Positions 45,063 through 55,876 of a DNA stretch of 64,000 nt are shown here, piece after piece (positions within the stretch are counted from its first letter, which is position 1; each line of letters begins with the position of its first letter). The notes under the pieces are model-generated. The model was not told where the DNA came from, did not search any database, and was given only the letters and a program-made list of their open reading frames with translations. This DNA is from Naegleria gruberi (Eukaryota): the NCBI GenBank assembly GCA_000004985.1, contig GG738874.1. The stretch is one strand, 5' to 3'. The translations under genes and the position numbers were made by a program.

Positions 45063-45719
45063 ATGAATACATTTTCCTATCCACATACATCTTCGGTAAC
45101 TCTTCCTATCATTACCTATGGTGAGGTTGAACAATTTGTTAAAGATTGGATTTCAACAGGCTGTTCAGACTATTTACAACATGTACCAAAGAATGAGTTG
45201 ATGGCTCATTGTTATATGGTCGGAGTGGATAAACAACTGATCAAGAGAGCTTTTCTTTCGAGTGGAAAAGATGAATTGATAAAGGCTTTGATTTCAGCAT
45301 GTCCAATTGTTGGTTCGTCTAGTGCAATCACTGAAGATTTACAAACATTCCTGAATCGATCACATGATTTGTATTGTGTTATTCATGCAAGGGGAAGAAT
45401 CAATTCGGTAAGACAAGTTGACAATCAACAGCTATCCTTTGACGATGACAAATCAACAATTCTAATCACTAACCATCAAGAGGGCCAACATAACGAGCTC
45501 CTCACCAATTCTTCTAGCAAGGGTTTGCAACCAATTTCTATTCCAAGTCAAACAATAGTTAAGGATTCATGTAAGGAAGAAACAATTTTGAACTCCAATG
45601 CCTCATCAATGGACGAAATCAACTCGCCAGAACTTTCCTCACGACCAAGAAGAAAAATCAGAACCTCTCCTAAAGACAAATACAGATTGAAAAGGATTGG
45701 CCAAAACTACAGGAAATGA
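45063..45719 (+). CDS. hypothetical protein (218 aa), basic C-terminus
   Basis: ATG-initiated ORF with host-like composition. No motif recognised. Confidence 0.35.
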   Translation: MNTFSYPHTSSVTLPIITYGEVEQFVKDWISTGCSDYLQHVPKNELMAHCYMVGVDKQLIKRAFLSSGKDELIKALISACPIVGSSSAITEDLQTFLNRSHDLYCVIHARGRINSVRQVDNQQLSFDDDKSTILITNHQEGQHNELLTNSSSKGLQPISIPSQTIVKDSCKEETILNSNASSMDEINSPELSSRPRRKIRTSPKDKYRLKRIGQNYRK

Positions 45720-46337
45720 TTTGAAACTGGTCAATCTCTTCAGTAAACTGTAATTTCTCTCAACAATAAAAAACAAGCTCAATACAATGCAGGAAGAAAG
45801 CATCATCACGACGACATCATCTAATGAATCAACTACTCATATTCATGATGAGATTTATGCTCCGAGATTGAAAACAGCAAGAGAAATACAGGAATTTATT
45901 GAGGCGTACAGACAAATAATGATAGCCAGAAAGAGAATGGTCTTGTCGACCCTGCAGCGAAAACTCATTCAAAAAAGATCTAAACCATTGTAAAATTAGT
46001 AACAAAATATAAAACTAGGGAGAATTAAATCTAATTCTTAATAAAAGAAGCAATTTCTTATTCTTATTCGAATGAAAACGAAAGATTATTGTATTGAATA
46101 CTCAATACCCAGATCTTGTAACAAAGGATCATAAAACATCATCTAGTAAAACCAATCCAATTACAACTATATGATTACCATTTCAATATTCACATCAAAC
46201 ATCAATAGTGGAAAAACAAAACAACAAAAAAAAAGTTCACTACATTTGCCACACTTTATAACGGTCATTTCGAATTTTAAAAAACCATCATCACAAATAA
46301 TAATACCTAAACTAAACTATTCTAATTATTATTCGAA

Positions 46338-48275
46338 ATGGGTCAACATCACACCTCCAATAATTCTGATGTAGCAACAATTCAAAATCCAGAAACATCA
46401 ACATCATCACTCGCTTCCAGTAGTCAGAATTTGATAGAACCAACACCACCTCTCACTCCCCGAAGTAGAAAACAAAGAGCAATATCAAATTTAAATTTAT
46501 CAACTGAATCCCTGTCAAGTCAAACGTCAAATTCATCAACACAAAATGTTAAAATATTATTACTAGGACTTAATGGAGCAGGTTTGTTTTTTCTCTTAGT
46601 TTTTAATATTTACTTTTGGATCCAAAATAGGAAAATCAACAATTATTAAAAAGTTGAAGGAATATATAACAGAAAAGAATTCATTACACGATGAAAATCT
46701 TGTAGATCATCTTGCTCTGAACAAAACTTTTAGAGATATTATTCATTTCCATGCATTGAATGGAATTAAACAATTAATTTTGGCATCTGAAAAGCTTGAC
46801 ATTTCCATTCTACCAAGACACTCTGAACAAAAGAATGATATTGAATTTGCCATCAGTTATTTGAGTAATTTACATTTTCGTTATGGAGAACATGTGTTGA
46901 CAAGTGAAGTTGCAAGATTAATGAAATTATTGTGGGAACAACGTGGAGCTAAGGAAATTCATTCGGAATTTATTGAATATAGAAATCAACAAGCACAATT
47001 GTTGCAACAGAAACAATTGAACGAAGCTGTTTCTGAAAATGCAACTGAAAATCATGAAAATCAAGAAAATCATGATGAAAAACAAAACGAAACTAGTACA
47101 AATGAAACTAATGCCAGTGCAACAACTGAAACTGCTAATTTGAATGAAACAGCAACTGAACCTTCAGCAGCTACTGTTGCCGAAACCGAAACAACTGAAA
47201 CCAATAATGAAGTGAACGAAACTGTTGCCGAAACTCCACAAGTCAGAGTTGATACTGAAGAAGAAGATGTAAGAGCAGTTGCCATCAATGACAAACACTT
47301 CAACGCAGGTGAAATCAATTGCTTTACTCTCTATAAGGATTTGTATAATTTGGACTTTTTCATGAGTAATATTGACAGAATTTCAGAGTTTGACTACGTA
47401 CCAACCGATGAAGATGTAAAATATTGTCAAACTCACTTGAAAGAAGAAAAGAAAGGTATTGAAGAAATTGAATTTGACTTTAGTGGTTCTAAATATACAA
47501 TTTATTGTGTGGAAGGTCAGAATAATGATGGAAGAAAGTGGCTCTTCCTCTTCCAAGGTGTGGACATTGTCTTATTCTTGTGTCCAATTGGTGATTTTGA
47601 TGTCATTCCATCATCACTCGATAGAAAGAATATTGTTCGTGAGAGGTAAGTGAAAATGATCTTGTTTTTATTGAACTATTTATTGTAAAATTATACTCAA
47701 CATACAGTTTGGACTTTTTCAGTAAAATGTGTAATAGTAAATGGTTCAGAAATACACCTGCCATCCTACTCCTCTCCAAATGGGATTCATTCCGTGAAAA
47801 GATTACCAATACTCCTCTAACTTTCTGTTTTGAAGATTACGATGGCGATCATCACAGTTATCAACATGCTCTCAAATTTCTCATTTCAAAATTCAATCAT
47901 GTGAGAGATAAGGAAGGAAAAGGACTCATCAATACCAATATTTATCAACAATTTTCCACAATGGACATGACTCACGAAGAGTTGGCCAATAATTTGGGAG
48001 GAACCATTAAGAATATTCGAATTGAACAGAAAGAAATGGAAAGAAAACAAAAGAGAGAATCCACTCATCGATTAGCTGGCGATCCAAACTCACCCAATAT
48101 TAGCTCAGCAGGTAGTCACACCCATTCCAATTCAAGTGGTGAGGCCATTTCACCAAAAAGTCCAGCTAGGTCAAATAGTGTGAATTCTTCGCCCTCTTCT
48201 GTCTCTACATCAGGAACTGAAAATATCAAACACAAATTATTTGCAGGACTTTTACAAAAATTAAAGAAAAAGTAA
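46338..48275 (+). CDS. heterotrimeric G-protein alpha subunit (divergent). Three exons: 46338..46581, 46631..47645, 47708..48275
   Basis: MG... N-terminus (myristoylation-type). P-loop KILLLGLNGAG|GKSTIIKKL. Switch/NKxD region ...YVPTDEDVKYCQTHLKEEKKGIEEIEFDF...YCVEGQNNDGRKWLFLFQGVDIVLFLCPIGDFD...RER|S|LDFFSKMCNSKWFRNTPAILLLSKWDSFREKI... and C-terminal ...FSTMDMT... The middle exon holds an acidic/Thr/Asn-rich insertion (ENHENQENHDEKQNETSTNETNASATTE...). Introns of 49 and 62 nt with GT..AG. Confidence 0.75.
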
Positions 48276-48443
48276 AAATTATTTACAATCATGATTTTTG
48301 AGATTTGAGAAATACAATTATCATTAAATTAATCCAAAGAATATTTGTGCATTGACTCCAAATCTCTTTTCAATTTGATTTGCAAATCAGTTTGTATTTC
48401 AAAATTATATCAAAAATAAAATTCTATTCAAAAATTAAAAAAA

Positions 48444-49238
48444 ATGCTTTCATTTCGTGCAAGCCAACTCAGACCACAAACTTTGTGTATTGTTACAGGT
48501 GCTTCTAAAGGCATTGGGAGGGAAATTACAAAACAATTATCGGAATGGGGAGTACATTGTGCAACGATAAGTAGATCGGAAATTGAGGCTAAGGATTTAT
48601 TTCCTAATCAATATCATTTTCCATGTGATGTTTCCAATGCTAAACAAGTCTCGGAGACAATTAAACAAATTTCGCAACAATTTGGTAAAAGTCATGCAAT
48701 GAATATGTTGGTGAATGCTGCTGGAATTTCCAAAGACGGACTATTGTTGAGGTTTTCTCAAGAGGATGTGGAGGAAATTATGAATATTAATTTGATGGGA
48801 ACTATTAATGTTTGTAAGAGCTCTCTCCGATACTTTATGTTGAGTCATTCGAGTGGTGAAATGCCTTCATCAATTGTTAATATTTCTAGTGTGATTGGTG
48901 GAACTCATATGACCAATGTTGGACAATCAGTTTATGCAGCATCTAAGGCAGGAGTTGTTGCCTTCTCTCAGAATTTATCTCGTGAGTTGCTTGGAAGAGA
49001 TGTCAGAGTTAATGTTGTTAGTCCTGGATTCATTGAAACTGAAATGACCAAACACATTTCGGATTCCATTTCAAAAACATCAAGTGAACAAAAGAATGAA
49101 ATGGTTCAAAAGATTGAAAAGGTGAGAATGGGAAAGCCAAAAGATGTTGCCAGTATGGTTCGATTCCTTCTTTCAGAGCAATCAGAATATATTAATGGAC
49201 AAAATCTTGTTGTGGATGGTGGATTATCGTTATTGTAA
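48444..49238 (+). CDS. 3-oxoacyl-ACP reductase-like SDR (FabG/CBR4-type), 264 aa, possible mitochondrial presequence
   Basis: CIVTGASKGIGREIT Rossmann motif, NAAG, and catalytic S...YAASKAG (YxxxK). N-terminal MLSFRASQLRPQT is basic and hydroxylated. Confidence 0.8.
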   Translation: MLSFRASQLRPQTLCIVTGASKGIGREITKQLSEWGVHCATISRSEIEAKDLFPNQYHFPCDVSNAKQVSETIKQISQQFGKSHAMNMLVNAAGISKDGLLLRFSQEDVEEIMNINLMGTINVCKSSLRYFMLSHSSGEMPSSIVNISSVIGGTHMTNVGQSVYAASKAGVVAFSQNLSRELLGRDVRVNVVSPGFIETEMTKHISDSISKTSSEQKNEMVQKIEKVRMGKPKDVASMVRFLLSEQSEYINGQNLVVDGGLSLL

Positions 49239-49245
49239 AAATTTA

Positions 49246-50292
49246 TTAATGCTCCTCTTTAGGGAAAAGGAAATCGGTAGTTAATGCCAATTTGACATTG
49301 TCTAACAGTGTCTTTTTCAGTTCAGGAGTATTAACAACCCAAACGTTTGTCACGTATCCTCTCTTTTGCAAACTCTTCAGGTAATCCACTGTTGCAAGAG
49401 AAGCATCAAAACCTAAAACAGCACTTCCAATAAATGCTGGAATAACTGTAATATTGGCATAATACCACATCTTGTCCAAAATCTTGGTAAGAGCTTCTAA
49501 TGATGAATAGATAATCTTATCTTTCAAATTCTTATTAGAACCTTCACTCAATTCACACAATACTGTTGGGAAGTCACCAGAATAAACTCTCTTCAAACCT
49601 GGACCTTTAGATTCCGTTGGTCTACTGTGCTTCATCCAATCACCCAATAATCCTCTCTTGAAAAGTAAATTGGTGACAACCTTTGGATTCAACTTTCTCA
49701 TGACATACAATAAAATTGGATTGAAACTGGCTACTGTTGATTGACGATAAAGAGATGGATACTTCTTATATAATTCGTCTAACTTTTTAGCCATGAGTGC
49801 CAATCTAGAATATTGTTTGACTTCAATCATAATGACTTGTTTTGGATCCAAAGAAAAGACAAAATTGATATATTCTTCAAGTGTTGGGATTTGTTCCTTT
49901 CCACTTTCATCATCAATATATCTGTAATATTTCTTAACTTCCTCAAGAGTCAATTGACCAATTCCAATACTATTCTTTCCTTCCATTTTATCAATACCAT
50001 AACAAACTCTTTGCATGGCAAGAGTATCATGGAATACTACAATTTCTCCATCTTTAGTAAGTTGACAATCAAGTTCAACACCATCAGATCCATGCTCAAT
50101 TGAGTAACGAACAGCACTAAGAGAATTTTCTGGAATGCTCTTAGTCTTTATATAACGACAACCTCTGTGTCCAATCAAAATATCATTAAAGAATGATGCA
50201 TCAGGTGACTTTGGTGCTCGGAACAAATAAAACAAGGCAACCAATACCAAAGCAACCACACAACCCAATAGAGCCAATGTAATCAAACACAT
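49246..50292 (-). CDS. glycerophosphodiester phosphodiesterase (GDPD family) with an N-terminal TM anchor, 348 aa
   Basis: ATG 50292. MCLITLALLGCVVALVLVALFYLF anchor. GDPD catalytic motif ILIGHRGCRY...PENSLSAVRYSIEHGSDGVELDCQLTKDGEIVVFHDTL. Tail-to-tail with the preceding SDR gene, 7 bp apart. Confidence 0.8.
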   Translation of the reverse strand: MCLITLALLGCVVALVLVALFYLFRAPKSPDASFFNDILIGHRGCRYIKTKSIPENSLSAVRYSIEHGSDGVELDCQLTKDGEIVVFHDTLAMQRVCYGIDKMEGKNSIGIGQLTLEEVKKYYRYIDDESGKEQIPTLEEYINFVFSLDPKQVIMIEVKQYSRLALMAKKLDELYKKYPSLYRQSTVASFNPILLYVMRKLNPKVVTNLLFKRGLLGDWMKHSRPTESKGPGLKRVYSGDFPTVLCELSEGSNKNLKDKIIYSSLEALTKILDKMWYYANITVIPAFIGSAVLGFDASLATVDYLKSLQKRGYVTNVWVVNTPELKKTLLDNVKLALTTDFLFPKEEH

Positions 50293-50800
50293 CCTAAATT
50301 ATGTATTCGTCTATACGTATATTATTTGAAATCCAATAAACACAATCCTATCGAGGAGATTTAGTATCGATAGTAGATGCACAACTAGTCAAACACTCTG
50401 CTCTCTGAAAAGAAAGATGCTTTTAGAAATTGGAGAAAACCACTCGAGTGGATAAGAGAATGGATTTTTTTTGCTTGTTGTTCAACGACCAGTCATAACG
50501 TTGTTATCAAGGGCGCGGATAACATGATGGAACCAATAAAGTCACTTTGAAAGAATAGTGGATAATATGGTGGTACCACCATCAGCTGATCATCATCTTT
50601 TCCTTTACCAAATTTGTTTCGAATTTGTATGCTGAATAATTATCTACTCGAATTGGTTGAAGTGGATATTAATAAAATTAGAATTGTCATTGTAAAATTC
50701 TCGCGGATGATGATATCATTCATTGTTAAATCTTTCCGTAGGGTACCATGATCACCGTTATCAAATAATTATTTCATCATCAGTAATTTTTATAATTTTT

Positions 50801-51105
50801 TTATTGTTGTTGGTTTTGCATCACGAGAGAAATTTCCTTTTGGGCATCAAAGAATTTATCAACACATGAATCAATACACTTCTTTTCATAGTCATCCAAA
50901 TCCTTTCCGTAAGCAGTCAAACACTTTTTATTGCAGACTGTGAGCATACTATTTTGATAAAATGGAAAAATAATCATCACAACAAGTGTGATTTGCACAT
51001 TAAATAAAATCATCAATATTTAGATACATACTTGAAGTAGAGAGTTCGGAAAGCTTCCAATTCAACCATAGACACTTGTCCACCCATTGGGTTCATTTGA
51101 TTCAT
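50801..51105 (-). CDS. TIM10: small Tim (Tim10-like) mitochondrial intermembrane-space chaperone, twin CX3C. Two exons: 51105..51033 and 50949..50801
   Basis: Exon 1 MNQMNPMGGQVSMVELEAFRTLYF(N) plus an 83-nt GTATGT...AG intron, then exon 2 MLTVCNKKCLTAYGKDLDDYEKKCIDSCVDKFFDAQKEISLVMQNQQQ*. Twin C-x3-C motifs and an overall Tim10-like pattern ([21 protein letters not shown]...CLDRCVAKYF). Confidence 0.7.
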
Positions 51106-51263
51106 TTTTTTATTTAAATTAATTTTTATATAAAATTTCAATCAATTTGAGAAGAAAAGTCACAAAGCAGAAAAGTGTCATGTTGATTAGAATTGCAAGT
51201 CAATTTGATTAGTGGCCTGCTTAATGGTCTTATGATTTGAAAAATTTAATGTGAACTAGTTTA

Positions 51264-53147
51264 TTAAACAATTTCAACAGTTCCCATGTTGAATCCACAG
51301 TCCCCATTTCTTCCTCCTTGCGTACCAACAGATACAATGACGAAATCTAATCTAATTTTGGTTCCATTCAAAGTTCCCTTATAAGTGGCAACTCTACCAT
51401 CTTCCCACTTTGCAGTGACATCCATGAAATTGTTCAAGAAGGTTCCAGAGTATGTCTTGGCATATGATTGTCCAGCATTCTTATTCTTTCCTGAAACATT
51501 ACCAAATTCTACAAAATTCAATATAAATTTCTTAGAGCTAAAACTTACTATCAACATTGAAAGTCATCTTCCAACCATCTACTTCAGAATTCTATAAACC
51601 TTATTAGTTTTGAATAATCCTTAAAAAACTTACACATGATGAGCCATTCCATTTAGTCCAAAATGTTTTACCACTGATATTGAAAGACTTGGTTTCTGAT
51701 GGACTGCTACTAGTTTCAAATAATGTTCCAGTATTAAATCCACAATCTCCAACATGACCACCTTGAGTACCAACAGCAGTAATGGTAAAATCAAGTCTGA
51801 CCTTATTTCCAGTGACAGTTCCTTTATATGTGGCTGTTCTACCATCATCCCATCTAGCAGTAACATCCATGATATTATTTCTAAAAGTTCCACTATAATG
51901 CTTTCTGATGGAATTTTTACTATCATTCTTATTACTTCCAGAAACATTTCCGTTTGCTTAATATGTGTAAGTCCGAATAAAGATGAAAATAACCTACCAT
52001 CAACTTCAAATACCATTTCCCAACCCTCTACAGCAGAATTACAACCTAAAAGATGTAAATTAGAAATATAAATCTTAATACTTACCAGCCCCATTCCAAC
52101 GAGTCCAATTTGTAATTCCGTCCTTTCCACCTCCAATTCTGTAAAACTTATTCTTTTGTTGAATTGGTTGTACCATAGGTTGAACCATTGGTTGAACTAC
52201 AGGTTGTACTATTGGTTGTTGTTGATATACAGGTGGTTGTTGATACATTGGTTGTTGCATTTGGGGTTGCATTTGTTGTTGATATGGTGGTTGTTGACCA
52301 TATGGAGGTTGCATTGGATAAGAAGGTGCAGTAGGTTGTCCAAAAGGTTGATAAGGATTAAAGTTTTGTTGAGGAACAGTTGGTTGTTGTGGAAACATTG
52401 GTTGATTGGTAGTTGGATAAATTGGTTGATACATTGGTGGCTGTTGTTGCATTGGTTGTTGTTGTCCAGTTCTTCTAAAACAATCACCATTAGGCAATTG
52501 CCATGTATTAATATCCATAGTTTCAACCTTAAGAATTTGTTCACTTCCTTGATTTTGGAAAACCAAATACAATACAAATACATTTCTATTGTTATCACGA
52601 ACAGTGTAGGTATCACAAATTCTTCCATCGGTTTGATTTTTCAAAACAAAATGTCCTCCTTCATGCATAGTACATTTCCAAACCTTTAATTTATACAAAA
52701 TGTATAAAACAACAATTATTTCAAATACCTACCTTTCCAGAATTTTCGGTAAAATCAGCTCCGATCAAAGGAGGAACATCTTGAATAACAGTTGAAGCTG
52801 GTTGAGACAATCCAGTTGAATAATTCATAGAATGAATTCTAGTAAAGGTCTCATTAGTTGCTACTAATTGTGACCCATCAACTGAAGGAACAAACTTCAT
52901 ATTGGCATGTCCATCAAATCTTTGTAAATTAATATATAAATTTTAAAATTGTCATCAAACTATGAAACACCTACGTTGCAAATAAGACCCATTGTAATCC
53001 CCCGTTCAATGGCACAGCTATACCAGTAGCATTTCTATTAGTACCATCTTGAACCCATTGGAAGGTATTACCGAATTGTGTGGCTCTCCAAATTCTTCCT
53101 GATCTTTCAATCCACTCACCATCTAGTCTTGGTGCAACATTACCCAT
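51264..53147 (-). CDS. modular protein of unknown function with about 7 exons: N-terminal MG... domain, Q/P/Y-rich prion-like linker, then two copies of a [short exon + ~107-aa domain exon] module
   Basis: First ATG 53147 (MGNVAPRLDGEWIERSGRIWRATQFGNTFQWVQDGTNRNATG...). GTAGGT/GTAAGT introns of 41-58 nt. Exon 3 ...VWKCTMHEGGHFVLKNQTDGRICDTYTVRDN...QQPMQQQPPMYQPIYPTTNQPMFPQQP...NWTRWNGA. Exon 4 GCNSAVEGWEMVFEVD. Exon 5 ANGNVSGSNKNDSKNSIRKHYSGTFRNNIMDVTARWDDGRTATYKGTVTGNKVRLDFTITAVGTQGGHVGDCGFNTGTLFE...FWTKWNGSSC. Exon 6 VDGWKMTFNVD. Exon 7 KFGNVSGKNKNAGQSYAKTYSGTFLNNFMDVTAKWEDGRVATYKGTLNGTKIRLDFVIVSVGTQGGRNGDCGFNMGTVEIV*. Confidence 0.6.
52150..52480 (-). repeat. low-complexity coding region: Q/P/Y/M-rich (prion-like) linker
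   Basis: Translation QQQPMQQQPPMYQPIYPTTNQPMFPQQPTVPQQNFNPYQPFGQPTAPSYPMQPPYGQQPPYQQQMQPQMQQPMYQQPPVYQQQPIVQPVVQPMVQPMVQPIQQ. DNA rich in caa/cca repeats. Confidence 0.8.
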
Positions 53148-53401
53148 TTTCAAAGTGTTGTTGATATTTTTTTAATATATGATTTTAAGGAGAAACAAGT
53201 TGTTTCCGGTTAGTGTGCTCAAGTTCATCTTTCATCTCCCTTAAGATGTAATAATAACTCAATAACTTATGAGGGAGATAGAACAGGTAACGTTTGTTGT
53301 GTTTTTCAGAAAGTACAAAGTCCTTCATCATCCGATGAAGAATCTTTATTTAAGGTTACATATTGTAGAATGTTACATAATAAATATAATAATATTTATT
53401 A

Positions 53402-55417
53402 TTAAACTTGTTCGATTGGAATGGCCACCGATACTCTTGGTGAGATATCATCTTGTAGTGCCTCTTCCTTAGTGATGTTTTCAATTCCATCATCTTCTGA
53501 TATATTGTTGGCGGCAATGATTTGTTGATTTGGATCCATGTTTTGGAATTTGAGATGATCCTCAGAGAGTGACTTGGCAATTTGTCTTTCAACTTCATTA
53601 AATAAATCATCTGGGAGAATATCAAAGTATTGGTATTCTTCTAATTGATTGTTGAAAGAGTCAATCTCTTTGACTAGTAGTTCAACATCTGAAACTGACA
53701 CCCTGGAGAGAATAGTTCTAATTTCAGTGTATGGTTCGAGAAATTGGGACCAGATTTCAAAGACAAGATTTTGCTTCTCCTTTTCAATCTTTTTAAGCTT
53801 CTTCTCACTTTTACGAATACTGTGGATCTCAGTTTCTGAGGGTTGATTTTTGATAGAGTCCCTATTCTTTTCTAAAGTCAAGTATTGTTTTGATTTTTCA
53901 AACAAGTCAACTTGTACCTGTACGGATTGAGAGGAAACTTCCTTATATTCACTGACCAAATCAAGGAATAAGAAACTCACTTCCAATTCTGAGGAGTTGG
54001 AGCAATATTGTTTAAATCTTTGCTTTTGGGTTGGATCTTTCAATGTGTCGAGAACCATCGCTGCATTCACTTGTTGTAACTTTTTCTGGTTCTGCTGTGA
54101 GGTCTTTAAACTGATACCAAATATTATGATCACTAAGGGTATGACAATTAAAATGGAGAGACCTAGAAGTGCCAAAGAGGTTACGTTACTGTAAAAACCA
54201 ATGTCTGTCGCATAGATACTTTCATTGAATAACCTATCAAGGAAATCTCTAAACAAAACGCCGTCAGCCATCTCTGCATTCACAAAGTCTGACGAATTCA
54301 TATAGAATTGAGCTACCAATTGATTAGTCACAGATGGAAGTTGTTGCTGATCATTCTTAGTTCCATTCTTTGGTCCTCCTCCACCTCCTGGTGGCTTAGT
54401 ACCACCTCCACCTCCTCCACCTGGAGGTTTAGTACCTCCTTGATTTCTGTCTCCATCTCTGTGAGTTTCGTTTGTGAACTTATTTCCCCAGTCCATGTTT
54501 GTTCCATTGAATGTTAAATTCATGGTCAATTCCCAGACTCTCAAAACATCTAAACTATAAATTGAATTGGGATCTCTTGAACCATTCAGATACATGTACT
54601 CTGTTTCAATGGATGGAATGTTATTCAAAATATTGGTCAATGAATTGGTGAATGATGTTTTGCCATTCCTGAACAATTCTAATGGATACTTGGCTTGTAC
54701 AGAACCTCTATTAAAAGCACCTAATCTCACAGCTGTCTTCATATCATTGTAGGAAGATATGGCTGTAGCTCTATTTGTTAGCAACTGAGCGACTGGAACT
54801 TGGCTCACATAAAAATATTGAAGAATGGTAACTGCTGCAATAGCCATCAACACCACAATATTCAAAACTAAAGCCATCACTGATAACAACGAAACTAATC
54901 CAAACTTGACATCTCTATATCTGGTTGGCAAACAAAAACAGCAGCAAAACACTGAAAACTTGGTACTCTCAATCTTATTAAGAAACTTGCCAAACAATAC
55001 TAGAGTTCCAAACAAGATAATTGCAAGAAAGGATGGTTCTTGGGAGTTGTGATTTGAATCAGTACCTTGACTGCAAGTCTCATTAGCAATGTCCTTCTCA
55101 TTGATTTCCTTCGCTCCTGTTCTACCTTTTCTCTTGAGTGAGTCAATGAATGGAGTTGGTTTCATTGTATTTCCATACATGATTTCATCAATGGCCACAA
55201 CACTGTCATCATTATCATCCATTGAATCGAGAGAACAATCTGTGTTTTGGGAGGAATCTTCAGCAGTGATTGAATTTTCTCTACCTCGCATGCAATGTTT
55301 TGGATCAAGATATTCATTGTTTTGATTGACCTCAGTTGTATTTGTGAGTTGTGGAGCTGAAATGTCATTAGTCCTTTCAACACTAGGTGTTGACTCGGCA
55401 ACACTGTCAGTAATCAT
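53402..55417 (-). CDS. multi-pass membrane protein with a cytoplasmic RGS domain and a glycosylated Gly/Pro-rich loop (receptor-like RGS protein), 671 aa, intronless
   Basis: ATG 55417. Hydrophobic helices FLAIILFGTLVLF, LVSLLSVMALVLNIVVLMAIAAVTIL and VTSLALLGLSILIVIPLVIIIFGISL. A ~250-aa loop with many N-x-S/T sites and GGTKPPGGGGGGGTKPPGGGGGPKNG. RGS-box-like ...MVLDTLKDPTQKQRFKQYCSNSSELEVSFLFLDLVSEYKEV... followed by a coiled-coil/acidic tail. Confidence 0.65.
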   Translation of the reverse strand: MITDSVAESTPSVERTNDISAPQLTNTTEVNQNNEYLDPKHCMRGRENSITAEDSSQNTDCSLDSMDDNDDSVVAIDEIMYGNTMKPTPFIDSLKRKGRTGAKEINEKDIANETCSQGTDSNHNSQEPSFLAIILFGTLVLFGKFLNKIESTKFSVFCCCFCLPTRYRDVKFGLVSLLSVMALVLNIVVLMAIAAVTILQYFYVSQVPVAQLLTNRATAISSYNDMKTAVRLGAFNRGSVQAKYPLELFRNGKTSFTNSLTNILNNIPSIETEYMYLNGSRDPNSIYSLDVLRVWELTMNLTFNGTNMDWGNKFTNETHRDGDRNQGGTKPPGGGGGGGTKPPGGGGGPKNGTKNDQQQLPSVTNQLVAQFYMNSSDFVNAEMADGVLFRDFLDRLFNESIYATDIGFYSNVTSLALLGLSILIVIPLVIIIFGISLKTSQQNQKKLQQVNAAMVLDTLKDPTQKQRFKQYCSNSSELEVSFLFLDLVSEYKEVSSQSVQVQVDLFEKSKQYLTLEKNRDSIKNQPSETEIHSIRKSEKKLKKIEKEKQNLVFEIWSQFLEPYTEIRTILSRVSVSDVELLVKEIDSFNNQLEEYQYFDILPDDLFNEVERQIAKSLSEDHLKFQNMDPNQQIIAANNISEDDGIENITKEEALQDDISPRVSVAIPIEQV

Positions 55418-55876
55418 TTGGTTTTTTTCAATGAGCTGCAGATTTCATCGACCTGCCAAATAGTGCTCGTTGTATTCTTTCTATTGACTTGAAAAATACC
55501 AGTTCAAACATGAATAAACAAAAAGAGAGTTATCCTCTTTTGCATCCAGATATCCACAACAAGAAGAAAGAACAGACATTTAAATAACAGGGATATCAGA
55601 GAGGAATTATAAAGTGCATCCAGGGCAAGTCTGTTTACCACAATCAAAATTAATGCACAAAAGGGTCTAACGAACAAAAGGATAAGAGTATCTCTTTAAC
55701 CACTCATTTGGTCAACCAATTGAATAAAGTTCAAAGCAAAGAATAAAATGCAAGCACCAATTTACAACAATAATTGAATGTTTGATTGGCTGATTCAAAT
55801 TCCACCTTCAGGTAGATTTTGCCTTTGACAGAGGAAAAATTCAGGTCGGGCAAATAAAAAAACAAATTCAAAAAAA

